A stretch of DNA of 64,000 nucleotides from a virus (IMGVR_UViG_644736339_000001), one strand, 5' to 3'; shown: positions 7,797 to 17,444, numbered from the stretch's first letter. Program-made: numbers and translations. The notes: a model not told the origin generated them from the sequence alone.

Positions 7797-9073
7797 CAGT
7801 TGATCGCCAGTACGGTCTGGTGGGCGGCGGCGTTGCCGGTCATGGCCTGCGCTTCGGAGTGCGGGCCTTGGTGCCGCTGCACGGTGTCGTGCATGTTCTT
7901 CACGGCCTCGGCGTGGAGAATCGCGGCCTGCGCCGACGCCTGGTTGCATTCGGCAGCGATCTGTTCGGCGGCTGCGAGGGACGCAGCGATTTCGGCAACG
8001 ACAGCCTCGGCGTCGGCGCGCCGCTGTTCGGTTTGGGCCAGCCCGACGGCAGTGGTGATGCCCACGCCGATGGAGGTCATGGACGCGTTGTCCACGCGCA
8101 GGACGCTGAATCGTGCCGCGGTTTCCTCGAGTTGCGCCGCGTGTTGGCGGGCCTTGTTCGCGGTTGCGACGGCGGTTTCGTGGCGTGCGACCGCGGTACT
8201 GCTGCGGACGAGGGCGTTGGCGGCGCGTTCGATGGCGCTGTTGGCTCGAACCGTGGACTGCTCGACGGCGCTGACGGCGTAGGCGAACGCGTTCTTGGCC
8301 CACCGGAACAGGTCGTGGATGGTGAGGATTTCAGCTGCCATGGCGTGTCCGTTCGGTGCAGTGATGATGGCGGTCGGGTGAGCAGGGAGTTCCGGCTGGT
8401 TGACGATGTCGGCGTATTCGGAACTGGCGAACTGGCTCGGCGTCGTCACCGGCGCCTGGATGTCGTCGGTGAGTTCGGCGTCGATGACCGCGTCATCGGG
8501 CCGCGCGCTGGAGTGCGGCGGCACGTTCGGTTGCTGCGCGCCACGGCGGCGCAAACTGAAGCCGGTGGTGCCGCCGGATGGGGTTCCCGGGCGAGACCAG
8601 CGACGCCCTGCCGTGGACGCAGACCCGTTCTTCGGAGTGCGGGACTGGCGCTGCGTCTTGTTCTGGGTGCCGCGTGCGGTTCGCTTCTTCGCGGTCCAGG
8701 TGGCGCCGGACACGAAGCCCAACCCGAAAATGGCGGCGCCGGCGAGGGACGCGGCGGTGGCATCGCCGAACAGGTCGGCCAGCTTCCCGCCGAGCCGCCG
8801 CCCGGGGAGGTGTGCGCGCGTCTTCGTCTTCCATCGGCGGTACAGGGACCGCTGCCACTGCCCGAACGTGATGTCGCCGGGGCCGAGCGACGGGCTGGAT
8901 CCGGACGAGGGGGCGCCCTTCCCTGTATTGCGTGCCCCGGCGGTCTTCGGTCCGGCGCCGGCTGTTGCGCCGCCGCCGGCCGTCGCAGGGGTGGATGCCC
9001 GTGCGGCTTTGACGGTGGCGACAACGCCGGAGCCCGCCCACCAGGCGATGGCGATGAGGATGATCGGAATCAT
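7796..9073 (-). CDS. TraA-like/plasmid transfer accessory protein
   Basis: TM segments plus Ala-rich coiled coil ending HQGPHSEAQ; directly upstream of traB. Confidence 0.6.
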   Translation of the reverse strand: MIPIILIAIAWWAGSGVVATVKAARASTPATAGGGATAGAGPKTAGARNTGKGAPSSGSSPSLGPGDITFGQWQRSLYRRWKTKTRAHLPGRRLGGKLADLFGDATAASLAGAAIFGLGFVSGATWTAKKRTARGTQNKTQRQSRTPKNGSASTAGRRWSRPGTPSGGTTGFSLRRRGAQQPNVPPHSSARPDDAVIDAELTDDIQAPVTTPSQFASSEYADIVNQPELPAHPTAIITAPNGHAMAAEILTIHDLFRWAKNAFAYAVSAVEQSTVRANSAIERAANALVRSSTAVARHETAVATANKARQHAAQLEETAARFSVLRVDNASMTSIGVGITTAVGLAQTEQRRADAEAVVAEIAASLAAAEQIAAECNQASAQAAILHAEAVKNMHDTVQRHQGPHSEAQAMTGNAAAHQTVLAIN

Positions 9074-9080
9074 GTCGGCG

Positions 9081-9677
9081 TCACCCCAGACCGACGAGGC
9101 TGCCGAGGAAGTGGGAGATCGTCTCGGACAGCAGCGTCAGCCACGTCACCACCCAAACGCCGGCCGTTCCGGGCATGGTGGCGGCGAGCGGGCCGAGACC
9201 GAACCAGCCCCACTTGTTGAACGACTCCTCCATGGCGCCCCACCGCGGGTGGCGCTTCGGTCGGCCGTTGGCGCCAACGCCGTTCCTGCGGAGGTGGGCG
9301 ATCAGGTCGGCGGTGACGGTAATCGCAAACGCCACGTCGACAAACGCCAACACGGTCAGGAGCCCGAGGTGGTCGTTGGCGAATGTCGGATCGCCAGTCC
9401 ATTTCGACAGCCAGTTGGCGGTGAGGTTGTTGACGTTGGCGCACCACTTGCCGACAACGCCAAGAGTGGCGGCGAAGATGAGGCCGCTGGCGGCGAGGCA
9501 CGCCCAGCTGAGCCATTCGACGACGGGGTGCCGGTGCGCGGCGAAGCGGTGGAGGATGAACCAGGCGAGCAGGCAGATGGCGCCGAGGGCGGCGTACACG
9601 TTGCCGTGCGCGAGGTGGAGTGCGGCGGCGGCGGTCGCGGGGTGGTTGGGGTTGATCGTCGGGTAGAACGTGCGCAT
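9081..9677 (-). CDS. multi-TM membrane protein (spread/transfer accessory)
   Basis: Four hydrophobic segments; tra context. Confidence 0.65.
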   Translation of the reverse strand: MRTFYPTINPNHPATAAAALHLAHGNVYAALGAICLLAWFILHRFAAHRHPVVEWLSWACLAASGLIFAATLGVVGKWCANVNNLTANWLSKWTGDPTFANDHLGLLTVLAFVDVAFAITVTADLIAHLRRNGVGANGRPKRHPRWGAMEESFNKWGWFGLGPLAATMPGTAGVWVVTWLTLLSETISHFLGSLVGLG

Positions 9678-9699
9678 GGGACGGCTCCGTTTCGGGGCG

Positions 9700-9810
9700 G
9701 TTCACGGTGTGAAGTTCACGGCGGGGATGGTGCACGGGGTGAAGCGTTTGCGCTGATCAAGGGTCTGCGGTGGGCTGGGAGGGCTGTGAAGTTCACGGTG
9801 TGAAGTTCAC
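9700..9810. repeat. intergenic repeats of the palindrome GTGAAGTTCAC
   Basis: GTTCACGGTGTGAAGTTCAC at 9700-9719 and 9791-9810; core at 9709, 9786 and 9800. Confidence 0.8.
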
Positions 9811-9826
9811 AGACGACCGGCGGGCT

Positions 9827-10930
9827 TCAGCTGGCCTGCTCTACGGTTTCGACGGCCCGGAGCCGGGGCGCAAGCTCGGGAAATCGACGCTCGACGATCT
9901 CCCTGATCTGCTTGGCTCGGGAGTCGGTGTTAAGCCCTTCGACAGCCGCGACAAGCTCCGGCGCGGTGGGGCGGGGGTTCGCGCGCTTGCCGGTGTTGTC
10001 GGCGAGGATTTGGCGGTAGGCGCCGAGAGTGGCGACAACGAGGGCTTCGACTTTGTCGGTGGCGGAGTTGTCGTTGGCGTCCGCAGCGCTGGCGACAGGC
10101 TTGGCGTTGGCGACAGCCGTGTTGTCGTTTTGGCGGTTGTCGGTCGGCGTCTGGTTGTCGTTGGCGGTTGTCGTTGCCGTTTTGGCGGCCGTCGCGCTGT
10201 CGACTGTCGTTGTCGTCGCGGCCGGATTAGCGGTTGGCGTTGTCGACCGGGTGTTGGCGGCAGCGTTGTCGGCGCCTGCCCGGTTGGCGACTGCCGCCGG
10301 CGCCTCATCCGTGGCGACCTTCTCGGCGAGCATTTCGGCTGCCTTGCGCGCCAGGGTGTCGGCGCCGAGTCCGACAAGAGCCTGCACGGGGATCGCAAGG
10401 ATCTCGTTGCGGATCGCGGCGCGGGTGCCCTTGCGGTCCACCGTCCACCGCAGCATCAACAGTCCGGTGCGGACCTTGAAGACGACCTTGCCGTGGCGCC
10501 GCTCGTAGGCCTCGCGGGCTTCCTTCAAGACCTTCCCGAAAGCCAGGACGGCGGCGATCGGCAGCAGCGCGGAGACGAGCTTGCCCTGCGGGTCGTTGAT
10601 GTGAATCCAGTTAATCCACGACGACAGCGTGGTGAAGCCGTCCACGTAAAGCAGCGATCCGAGGCTGGCTCGGCCGTAGATGGCGGCGCGGAAGCTCAGC
10701 AGCGACAGGGCCAGTGCGGCGCCGTCGAAGGTGGACGGCACCAGCCATGCCGCGCGCTCACTCAAGTCCATGTGCTGCTGGGCGAAGGCATGCAGTGCGA
10801 TGAACGACGCGGCCCAGCCGGCGACGGCCACGGCCACGACGAGGATCATGGCGAGTGAGGCAAGTCCGTTATCCCTCAGCGCGTCGCGCCACCGCGGCTT
10901 GGCATCCGGCGTCTCAGTGTTCTCGGTCAT
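9827..10930 (-). CDS. DUF2637/SpdB-like membrane spread protein
   Basis: WAASFIALHAFA...AWLVPSTFDG...SSWINWIH...LLPI pattern; low-complexity T/A/N/D linker. Confidence 0.75.
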   Translation of the reverse strand: MTENTETPDAKPRWRDALRDNGLASLAMILVVAVAVAGWAASFIALHAFAQQHMDLSERAAWLVPSTFDGAALALSLLSFRAAIYGRASLGSLLYVDGFTTLSSWINWIHINDPQGKLVSALLPIAAVLAFGKVLKEAREAYERRHGKVVFKVRTGLLMLRWTVDRKGTRAAIRNEILAIPVQALVGLGADTLARKAAEMLAEKVATDEAPAAVANRAGADNAAANTRSTTPTANPAATTTTVDSATAAKTATTTANDNQTPTDNRQNDNTAVANAKPVASAADANDNSATDKVEALVVATLGAYRQILADNTGKRANPRPTAPELVAAVEGLNTDSRAKQIREIVERRFPELAPRLRAVETVEQAS

Positions 10931-11715
10931 CGGGTGGTCTCCACGTTCACGTCGAGGACGTCCGCCAGCGCCATCCAGTCGTCTTCACGGCCGGCGGTGA
11001 TGGCGAGGCGCGTCGGGGCGGCGGCAAGTTCGGTGGGGGAGCTGTAACGCTCGGGTGCCGGAACGATGTCCGGGTGGCGCAGGTGCAGGTCGTACACAAC
11101 CCGATCAGCCCGTTGATCGGCGTCACGGCCGACGTGGAACCAGGACTGATGCTTGATGCGGGCGCGCTCGGTCTTGTGCTGTTCGCTGTCGAGGTTCATC
11201 TGCAGGTTGCCGGCGATGCGGTCGTATTGCATGCCAGCTTCGTGCTCGGTCTTCCGAACCTCGCGATTCGCCTTGGCTACGACCCAGGCCAGGCCTCCGT
11301 TGAGCACTCCGAACATCGCCGTCGCAACCAGCGACGCAGGCCACTTCGGTGCCCACAGCAGCACACCAACACCGCCGAGGATCAGGGCTACCGGCGACAG
11401 CAGCGCCCCGGCCCAGCTGCCAGCCTCCGTGCGGGACAGGAAGCCTGCGCCGGCCAGGGCCGCAGACCCTGCCGCTGCGGCACTGACAACGGCTTCGGCG
11501 GCCACGGAGTGGGCGCTGCCGTTCAGGCATGCCTGATGTGCGGACCATGCGCCCCAGCCGAGGAGCCCGTTGGCGAACACCGCACCGAGTGCGCGCGCGA
11601 CGGTCCCGCCCTGGCCGCGGTTCTCGCGGCAGGTGGTCTCGTAGTACGTGGTCTGCGACGGCTGGAAGTAGGCGTTGCGTTGCGGCTTCCAGGGTTCGAG
11701 TTCGGCGTGGCTCAC
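10927..11715 (-). CDS. membrane protein (Spd-like)
   Basis: Four TM segments, coupled to the downstream gene. Confidence 0.6.
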   Translation of the reverse strand: MSHAELEPWKPQRNAYFQPSQTTYYETTCRENRGQGGTVARALGAVFANGLLGWGAWSAHQACLNGSAHSVAAEAVVSAAAAGSAALAGAGFLSRTEAGSWAGALLSPVALILGGVGVLLWAPKWPASLVATAMFGVLNGGLAWVVAKANREVRKTEHEAGMQYDRIAGNLQMNLDSEQHKTERARIKHQSWFHVGRDADQRADRVVYDLHLRHPDIVPAPERYSSPTELAAAPTRLAITAGREDDWMALADVLDVNVETTR

Positions 11716-11750
11716 GGTGTTCCTCGCAGGGTCTAGTTCGGCGGCGTGGC

Positions 11751-11876
11751 TTAGCGCTCGCGGATCTCGTTGGGCTTCGGCGTGCGGCTGGCCTTCAGCT
11801 TTTTCAGCAGGCCAAGGCCAATAGCGACGGTGAGACCGGCGGCGGCTGCGGTAATCAGGGCTTCGGCGACGTACAT
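11751..11876 (-). CDS. 41-aa single-TM peptide
   Basis: AAGGAG RBS, MYVAEALITAAAAGLTVAIGLGLLKKLK...; below the ORF-track cutoff. Confidence 0.6.
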   Translation of the reverse strand: MYVAEALITAAAAGLTVAIGLGLLKKLKASRTPKPNEIRER

Positions 11877-11886
11877 GGCGAGCTCC

Positions 11887-12072
11887 TTAGGATTCGGGTG
11901 CCGGTCGCTCGCTGGCCTGGCGCGCGACGTGGGCGAGGAGATCGGCGGTGATGACGGCGGCGACGACGGGGCCGTATTCGGCTTCGATGGCCTCCAGTGC
12001 TTCGACTCCGGCGTCGCCGTCGCGGGTGGCGGTGGCGTTGGTGAGCTGCTCGAGGTGGTCGGACAGGGGCAT
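11887..12072 (-). CDS. hypothetical protein
   Basis: GAGGAG RBS, small ORF. Confidence 0.6.
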   Translation of the reverse strand: MPLSDHLEQLTNATATRDGDAGVEALEAIEAEYGPVVAAVITADLLAHVARQASERPAPES

Positions 12073-12131
12073 GGCGTACTCCTCGGTGGTCGGGTTGGGG
12101 TTTTGCGGTCACTGGCGGTGGAAGTTCACGA

Positions 12132-12605
12132 CTAATCGCCAGCCTCAGCGCGCCGCATGTCGGCGATCAGGGCGGCCAGCTGCCCGTCGAGGTCTTCGGC
12201 CCAGTCGCGGATCTGCTGGTCGTCGTATTCGGCCATCGGCGCCGGCGCGGGCGGGATATCGTCGCCGAGGTTCAGCCACACGCCGCCGCGTCCGTCGCCG
12301 TCGCTGCGGGGCGGGCAGTAGGGGCACGCGCGGTCTTCCTCGTTGAGGATGTAGTGGGACTTCGCGGCGATCCGCGCGAAGGCAATCGCCGGCAGCATCA
12401 CGGCGGTGGTAACAGCCAGGCCGGTCATGTCGGGCCGTTTGAGCGCGATGAAGACCACGGTGAAGCCACTAAGGATCCAGGGGCGCAGGCCTTGGTGGCA
12501 CCAGGAGAGCTGGATCAAGCGCCCGACGGGCCGGGTGTCGATCCAGGCGGCTGCGGATAGCTCGGCGGAGTACAGGTGCGCGTACAGGCGCTTCAGCATG
12601 TTCAT
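12132..12605 (-). CDS. hypothetical membrane protein with CPYC motif
   Basis: Two TM segments; coupled ORF. Confidence 0.6.
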   Translation of the reverse strand: MNMLKRLYAHLYSAELSAAAWIDTRPVGRLIQLSWCHQGLRPWILSGFTVVFIALKRPDMTGLAVTTAVMLPAIAFARIAAKSHYILNEEDRACPYCPPRSDGDGRGGVWLNLGDDIPPAPAPMAEYDDQQIRDWAEDLDGQLAALIADMRRAEAGD

Positions 12606-13426
12606 GACTCACCGTCCCCATCGGGGTCACGCTGCGGCCCGAATGCGAAACCGGACTCGTCTTCGCCGTCGCGCCACACGGTGATCGGCAGCGCTCCGGG
12701 CGTGGCGTCCAGGACCTGCCGGATTGACCAGGTGTGCGTGATGCACTGACATTCGGCTGGCGCGGGGTTCTCTGGGTCCATCGTGCTGCCGGTCTCGGCC
12801 GGTCCGTCCCAATTGCCGTGCTCGAGCACAAGGGCGTAGGCGTGCTGCACGTCCTCGGTGCCCCAGTCGGCCATCTCGTTGAACTCGATGTCGCTGAGGT
12901 AGATCTCGCCGTACAGGCTGTCGAACAGCCCGAACGGATCCTCAGCGTCGTGTTCGGCGGTGATGGCGTGGACTGCGGCCATGAACTCGGCCGGGTCGTA
13001 GTGTCCGATCGCGATGAGCGGCACGGGGCTGTGGATGTTGTCGCCGGCGCTGATGGTGATGCCGTTGGCGGTGTAGCCGGTAGCAGCGATCAGGGCACGG
13101 GCGGTATCGCCGTCGACCGGAGTCGGGACGTGCCGGAGGTTCTGGGCGGCGCTGACGCGGGCCTGGCGCACGGCGGCGCGGCCGGCTTGTGCGGCTTCCA
13201 TAGTGGGGTAGTTCTTCATCGGACACCTCCTGCTGGTCTTGGGTTCGTTCGTGTTCTCGTGGTCCAGATCGCGTGCGAACTGCCCGAGCTGCGGGATGTG
13301 CACGGTGTCGCGAAGGTCTGACAGGTCGTCGTTGCGACCCGGTCCGGCCTTGAGGACGACTGCCTCGTAGGCGCGGCCCGCGTTCGTGGCCGTGCTGCTG
13401 ACGGGTCCGAGCTGGGTGGCGTTCAC
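12602..13426 (-). CDS. hypothetical protein
   Basis: Acidic ORF coupled on both sides; possible internal start at 13219 (AGGAGG RBS). Confidence 0.6.
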   Translation of the reverse strand: MNATQLGPVSSTATNAGRAYEAVVLKAGPGRNDDLSDLRDTVHIPQLGQFARDLDHENTNEPKTSRRCPMKNYPTMEAAQAGRAAVRQARVSAAQNLRHVPTPVDGDTARALIAATGYTANGITISAGDNIHSPVPLIAIGHYDPAEFMAAVHAITAEHDAEDPFGLFDSLYGEIYLSDIEFNEMADWGTEDVQHAYALVLEHGNWDGPAETGSTMDPENPAPAECQCITHTWSIRQVLDATPGALPITVWRDGEDESGFAFGPQRDPDGDGES

Positions 13427-13851
13427 GAGAACACCTCCGCGGTGAGCTCAAACCAGGTGATCTTCCCGGTGCGGGTTTTCGTCCTGCCCCACCGCGTCGC
13501 CAGGTCACCCACGATGAGGAGTCCGCGGCCGTGTTCGTCGTCTGCCAGGTCCGGTACGGGGATCTGGAGATCCGGGTCGGAGACGGTGATCCGCAGGTGT
13601 CCGTGCCACCAGGCGGCGGTCACGATCATGTCGCCGAGGCCTGCGTTGTGCACCAGCGCGTTCGTCGTGATCTCCGAGACGACCAGCGTGGCGTTCTCGA
13701 CGGTGTCGGCGGGCACGTCCCAGCCAGCGAGTGTCGCGTCCAGCCAGTGGCGGGTGTCGCGGACGGACTGTAAGACACGGGGCAGGGTGATTTCGTCGTA
13801 CAGCGGCGAGTCGGCCACGGGGCGGTCCTGGGGGATGGCGGTCAGCAGCAC
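13423..13851 (-). CDS. HATPase_c anti-sigma-factor-like ATP-binding protein
   Basis: LVVSEITTNALVH, VSDPD, EHGRGLLIV, WG...GKITWFEL. Confidence 0.9.
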   Translation of the reverse strand: MLLTAIPQDRPVADSPLYDEITLPRVLQSVRDTRHWLDATLAGWDVPADTVENATLVVSEITTNALVHNAGLGDMIVTAAWWHGHLRITVSDPDLQIPVPDLADDEHGRGLLIVGDLATRWGRTKTRTGKITWFELTAEVFS

Positions 13852-14234
13852 GGGGCACCCCCGGTGGCGTGGTGGGTGTGGACGGTATCGGTGCGCGGCA
13901 GGAGCACGAAGCCGTGCTGTGCTGCCCATGCGCGGGCGTGGGCTTCGTCTTCGGACATGCCGGTTCTGTTGGCGTAGTGCACGGCCTGCCAGGTAACGCC
14001 GGCGCCGAATGCGCGGTACAGGAACGGGGGTCCGTCTGCGGCGGTGAACGGCCCGTCAAGGTTGTGGCCGATGGCGATGTCCGCGACGGCTTCGGCGCTG
14101 TCGAGGCTGATAACGATCGGCAGGTATTCCGGCACGGGCAGGGTCGAGTCCTGCTCGAGCCAATCGGCGAGGCTGCGCAGGGCTTTCGCGAAGGCAGTGG
14201 TCTGGGCGTGGCGTGCGGCGCTGCGCTCGGTCAT
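13842..14234 (-). CDS. hypothetical protein
   Basis: Coupled ORF; LRSLADWLE motif common in actinophages. Confidence 0.6.
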   Translation of the reverse strand: MTERSAARHAQTTAFAKALRSLADWLEQDSTLPVPEYLPIVISLDSAEAVADIAIGHNLDGPFTAADGPPFLYRAFGAGVTWQAVHYANRTGMSEDEAHARAWAAQHGFVLLPRTDTVHTHHATGGAPCC

Positions 14235-14602
14235 CGCACCTCACCGCCGCCCGGGACGAGAGCACTCAGCGCCTCTGCCGGCGTCCACATGTAGTTGTCG
14301 TTCACGCCGAGGTTCAGCCAGTAGCCGAAGATCGGGCCGTGAAGTTCGGGGCTGCTGACGGTGCCGGTAAGTCCGGCGTGGTACGGCGCGTCCGGTGCGA
14401 CTTGCACGCTGTCGCCGCGGTTGAACAGCGGGGTGCCGGTCGGCAGGAGTGTCAGCTGGTCGGCGTCGGCGAAGTGGGTGGTGCCGGCGGCGGTCTCAAT
14501 GTAGTAGCCGTGTTCGACGCCGACTCCGGTGGGCTCGACGACGGTTCCGACGGCAGAGACACGAGCGAACAGGACCTTGTCGCCGGGGGAGAAGGCATTC
14601 AT
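14231..14602 (-). CDS. tandem SH3/KOW-like beta-barrel protein
   Basis: Two repeats FSPGDKV...GTVVE and FNRGDSV...GTVSS. Confidence 0.55.
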   Translation of the reverse strand: MNAFSPGDKVLFARVSAVGTVVEPTGVGVEHGYYIETAAGTTHFADADQLTLLPTGTPLFNRGDSVQVAPDAPYHAGLTGTVSSPELHGPIFGYWLNLGVNDNYMWTPAEALSALVPGGGEVR

Positions 14603-14880
14603 GACACACCACGGTCTTCGGTGATCGCCGCGATCCAGTTGTTGCGGTTGTCGTACATGGCGTCGGTGCGGGCCTGCAACTGCTCGGAGCGCATCTCCAT
14701 GCCGTCGAACAAGCGGTCGGCGTTGACGGCGACGTCCAGCGCGAACTGCGCCATGGCCAGGTGCGCGGCGTGCAGCCGCATGTGCTTGTCCAACTGCCCT
14801 GCATCCCCGCGGGGCCCGGACTCGGACTCGGCCTTGGCCAGCGCCTTCTCGGCGGCTGCGTAATGCTGGGGCCCGTTCAT
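14599..14880 (-). CDS. hypothetical phage protein
   Basis: MNGPQHYAAAEKAL motif; coupled. Confidence 0.6.
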   Translation of the reverse strand: MNGPQHYAAAEKALAKAESESGPRGDAGQLDKHMRLHAAHLAMAQFALDVAVNADRLFDGMEMRSEQLQARTDAMYDNRNNWIAAITEDRGVS

Positions 14881-15242
14881 CGGTCGCCTCCGGGGATCGG
14901 TGTGAGTTCACGGCATGCCTTGACGGTCGTGACCGTCGCAAGGTGGCGGTGGCCTGGCTGCGGGTCGGTGATGATGCGCGCGACCGGACCTTCGGGAGTG
15001 TTCGCGACGATGTCGACGCGGCCGGTCCGCACGTTGCCGTCGAACACCCAGCTGACCTTGTCGCCGGCGTTGAACGCGGGCCCGTACAGAAACCCGGCGA
15101 GTGCGGCGCGCAGGTCGGCGTAGGAGGTGTCGTCGTCGTCGACCCACGGGTATCCGTGGTTGATCAGGACGGAGTTGATCTCGTCGAGCAGCGCGGTGCT
15201 GAATCGCGGGTCGTCGTTGGGGAACCGCAGCGGGTAGGTCAT
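14877..15242 (-). CDS. hypothetical protein
   Basis: Coupled ORF. Confidence 0.6.
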   Translation of the reverse strand: MTYPLRFPNDDPRFSTALLDEINSVLINHGYPWVDDDDTSYADLRAALAGFLYGPAFNAGDKVSWVFDGNVRTGRVDIVANTPEGPVARIITDPQPGHRHLATVTTVKACRELTPIPGGDR

Positions 15243-15556
15243 CACGCACCGCCCTTCGGCCACAACCGCTCCGGGATCCGGCGGCAGGTCTCGGCGTGCA
15301 CCTGCGCACTCCGGTTCGGGATAGCGTCATCGCTGGAGACGGCATCGAGGCTTCCGCAGGACTCGCAGGCGGCGCGGTACCACCGGCGCGTCATATCCGC
15401 CGCAGCGTCGCGCGTCACGATGACATGGGCGCCACCGACGGCGAGGAATCGGGCAGTAGCGGTTGCAGTCGAGACGGTGGCGTTCTTCTCGGATGCTGCG
15501 ATCCGGGCCATGGCAACTGCGCGGTTCGCGAGTCGGTCCTCGCTGTGGCGGCTCAT
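15242..15556 (-). CDS. hypothetical Zn-finger protein
   Basis: CESCG ... AQVHAETC. Confidence 0.6.
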   Translation of the reverse strand: MSRHSEDRLANRAVAMARIAASEKNATVSTATATARFLAVGGAHVIVTRDAAADMTRRWYRAACESCGSLDAVSSDDAIPNRSAQVHAETCRRIPERLWPKGGA

Positions 15557-15732
15557 CACGCACCGCCCTTGGTCTCGTTCGCGGCCGTCCTGGCACCCTG
15601 CTGGGCTTCGCGGACCTGCTTTACGGTGCGGCCGGCGTAGGCGCCGCCGTTCGCGGGTCGGTTGCCGACGAGCGTCTGCATCAGGGCGTTGTAGCCGCGG
15701 GTGGTGGCATCGATCGTCGCGGGGCCGGTCAT
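15556..15732 (-). CDS. hypothetical protein
   Basis: Coupled small ORF. Confidence 0.5.
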   Translation of the reverse strand: MTGPATIDATTRGYNALMQTLVGNRPANGGAYAGRTVKQVREAQQGARTAANETKGGA

Positions 15733-15938
15733 CGGGCACCTGCCGGCACGTACTGCACGATCTCTTCCATGGTGATACGGACGCCGGCGTCGAGCCCGCT
15801 TCGACGGCCGTTGAGCAGCGCCGCCTCTTCGAGGTACTGGCCGGTGCGCAGGGTTTTCCACGCCAGGCGGGCGGCGGCGCGAAGCCGGAGCGGGTACGAC
15901 ATCGGCGGGATGGCGGCGGACAGGCTGGTCGTCTGCAT
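15729..15938 (-). CDS. hypothetical protein
   Basis: Coupled small ORF. Confidence 0.5.
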   Translation of the reverse strand: MQTTSLSAAIPPMSYPLRLRAAARLAWKTLRTGQYLEEAALLNGRRSGLDAGVRITMEEIVQYVPAGAR

Positions 15939-16240
15939 CACAGCCCCGCCTTCCCGAGCGCCCGCAGCAGTGCCAGCGCCAGGTTTTCGGCCTGCTGGCC
16001 GGCCAGGTCCAGCGGCACCGAGTTCAGCGTGAGCGCGATGGTCGGCTGCGTCTCGTCGGGGTCCTGCATCAGCTGCACCGACGCCGAGGTGAGGGTGACT
16101 CCGCTGGGGTAGCCGGCCGGGTAGGTGAGGTCGGTGCGGGTGCCGATGCACAGGTTCGTGTCGGCGTCGTGTTCGGTACACCACGGCGGGCAGGTGCGGG
16201 GTTCCGGAACAAGGGCGAGTTGCGGAATGCTGGAGTGCAC
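15938..16240 (-). CDS. DUF6907-like protein
   Basis: CPPWCTEH N-terminal motif. Confidence 0.6.
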   Translation of the reverse strand: MHSSIPQLALVPEPRTCPPWCTEHDADTNLCIGTRTDLTYPAGYPSGVTLTSASVQLMQDPDETQPTIALTLNSVPLDLAGQQAENLALALLRALGKAGL

Positions 16241-16322
16241 GGCGGTCTCCGTTTTCCTAGGAGCGGTTGGCTGTCTAGGTCCGGGTCGGCGGTAGAGACG
16301 CTGGCTCGGGCCGTCTTTGCGT

Positions 16323-16526
16323 TCAGGCGGCGGATCGCGCTCGGCGATCGGCCAAGTAGCGGTCGCACTCGGTCTCGGGGACCAGGTACATGCCGCGCTC
16401 TCCGTCGCGCTCAGCGGCGATGAGCTTCTTTCGGATCATGATCCGGACCTTCGACTCGCTCGCCCCAATGCGGGTGGCAACCGCAGCCACTCGCAGGAAC
16501 CTGACCTGACCTGTGGTCTCGCTCAT
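16323..16526 (-). CDS. excisionase-like HTH protein
   Basis: FLRVAAVATRIGASESKVRIMIRKKLIAAER...YLVP. Confidence 0.75.
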   Translation of the reverse strand: MSETTGQVRFLRVAAVATRIGASESKVRIMIRKKLIAAERDGERGMYLVPETECDRYLADRRARSAA

Positions 16527-16616
16527 GCTGCCTCCCTTGTTGGTGTTGCTCAGCGTGCTGTCATTGCTGAGATTAGCAGGTTTCGCGTACTCTGTTAAGC
16601 CTCAACCTCGGGGCAA

Positions 16617-16647
16617 CAAAAAGCCCCCGGCGTCAAGCCGGGGGCCC
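16617..16647 (-). terminator. intrinsic terminator of the GntR gene
   Basis: GCCCCCGGC-TTGAC-GCCGGGGGC followed by TTTTTG on the minus strand. Confidence 0.75.
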
Positions 16648-16667
16648 AGTGGTGAAGGGAGGTTCAA

Positions 16668-17441
16668 TCAGTGCGTGGACCTGCGATACAGCAGCTCGAA
16701 CCGGTGACCGCCCTTCACCATGACGGTTGCTTCGATGGGCTTCCCGCCGCGCGACCACACGATGCGGAGCGTCTGGAGCACCGAAACGAACGGCGGCAGG
16801 TGCAGCAGTTCGAGCTCTTGTGTCGTGGGAACGCGGGTCGAGACTCGGTCCTCGTAGTCGACTGCGGGCAAGTGCATCCCATCAAGGATCTTCTGCACGC
16901 CGCCCTTGATCGACCCCGGCAGGGCAATGCGGGTACCTGCCGCAATCTCGATCGGGTAGTAGGACCAGTCGACCTCGACAGGTTCGTCCGTTTCTCGGAC
17001 GCGCATAACTCTAAAGCGGCGAACGGCTTGGCCGTTGGGCCCCAGCCCAAGCAGCTTGGCAACATCTCCTGGAATCGTTTCGGCGTCGGCTTCTTCCATG
17101 CGCTCCTGCCGGGCGCGCTCGGGTACTGCAACCTGAAGGACGTCAACGGCGAGCGTGTCGTAGCGGTAGATGTCGAGCTGCGGGTCTGGATCGGCGAGAA
17201 CGGGGGTTCTCGGTTCAGCAATCACCTCGGTGCCCTTACCTTTCTCCGAACGAATCAGGCCTTCACCCTTCAAGATCTCCAGCGCGTGCTGAACGGTGTT
17301 TACCGTCGTGTCGTACCACTCAGCCAGGATCTTGACTCCGGGGAGCATGTCCGGGTACTTGCCCGCAAGGATCACCGCCCGAATGTCCGCCGCGATCTGC
17401 TCGCGTCGCGGTCGGGGGTCGCTATAGCTGTCGTCCGTCAC
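16668..17441 (-). CDS. GntR/HutC-family regulator (KorA/TraR-like), wHTH plus UTRA
   Basis: QIAADIRAVI...LPGVKILAEWY...TVQHALEILKGEGLI...GKGT; C-terminal UTRA. Confidence 0.92.
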   Translation of the reverse strand: MTDDSYSDPRPRREQIAADIRAVILAGKYPDMLPGVKILAEWYDTTVNTVQHALEILKGEGLIRSEKGKGTEVIAEPRTPVLADPDPQLDIYRYDTLAVDVLQVAVPERARQERMEEADAETIPGDVAKLLGLGPNGQAVRRFRVMRVRETDEPVEVDWSYYPIEIAAGTRIALPGSIKGGVQKILDGMHLPAVDYEDRVSTRVPTTQELELLHLPPFVSVLQTLRIVWSRGGKPIEATVMVKGGHRFELLYRRSTH

Positions 17442-17444
17442 GGT

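Noticed and set aside
7797-8303. N-terminal extension of TraB (850 aa)
   Set aside because: Arg-rich off-frame overlap with 7796..9073; the coupled ATG at 7796 is preferred
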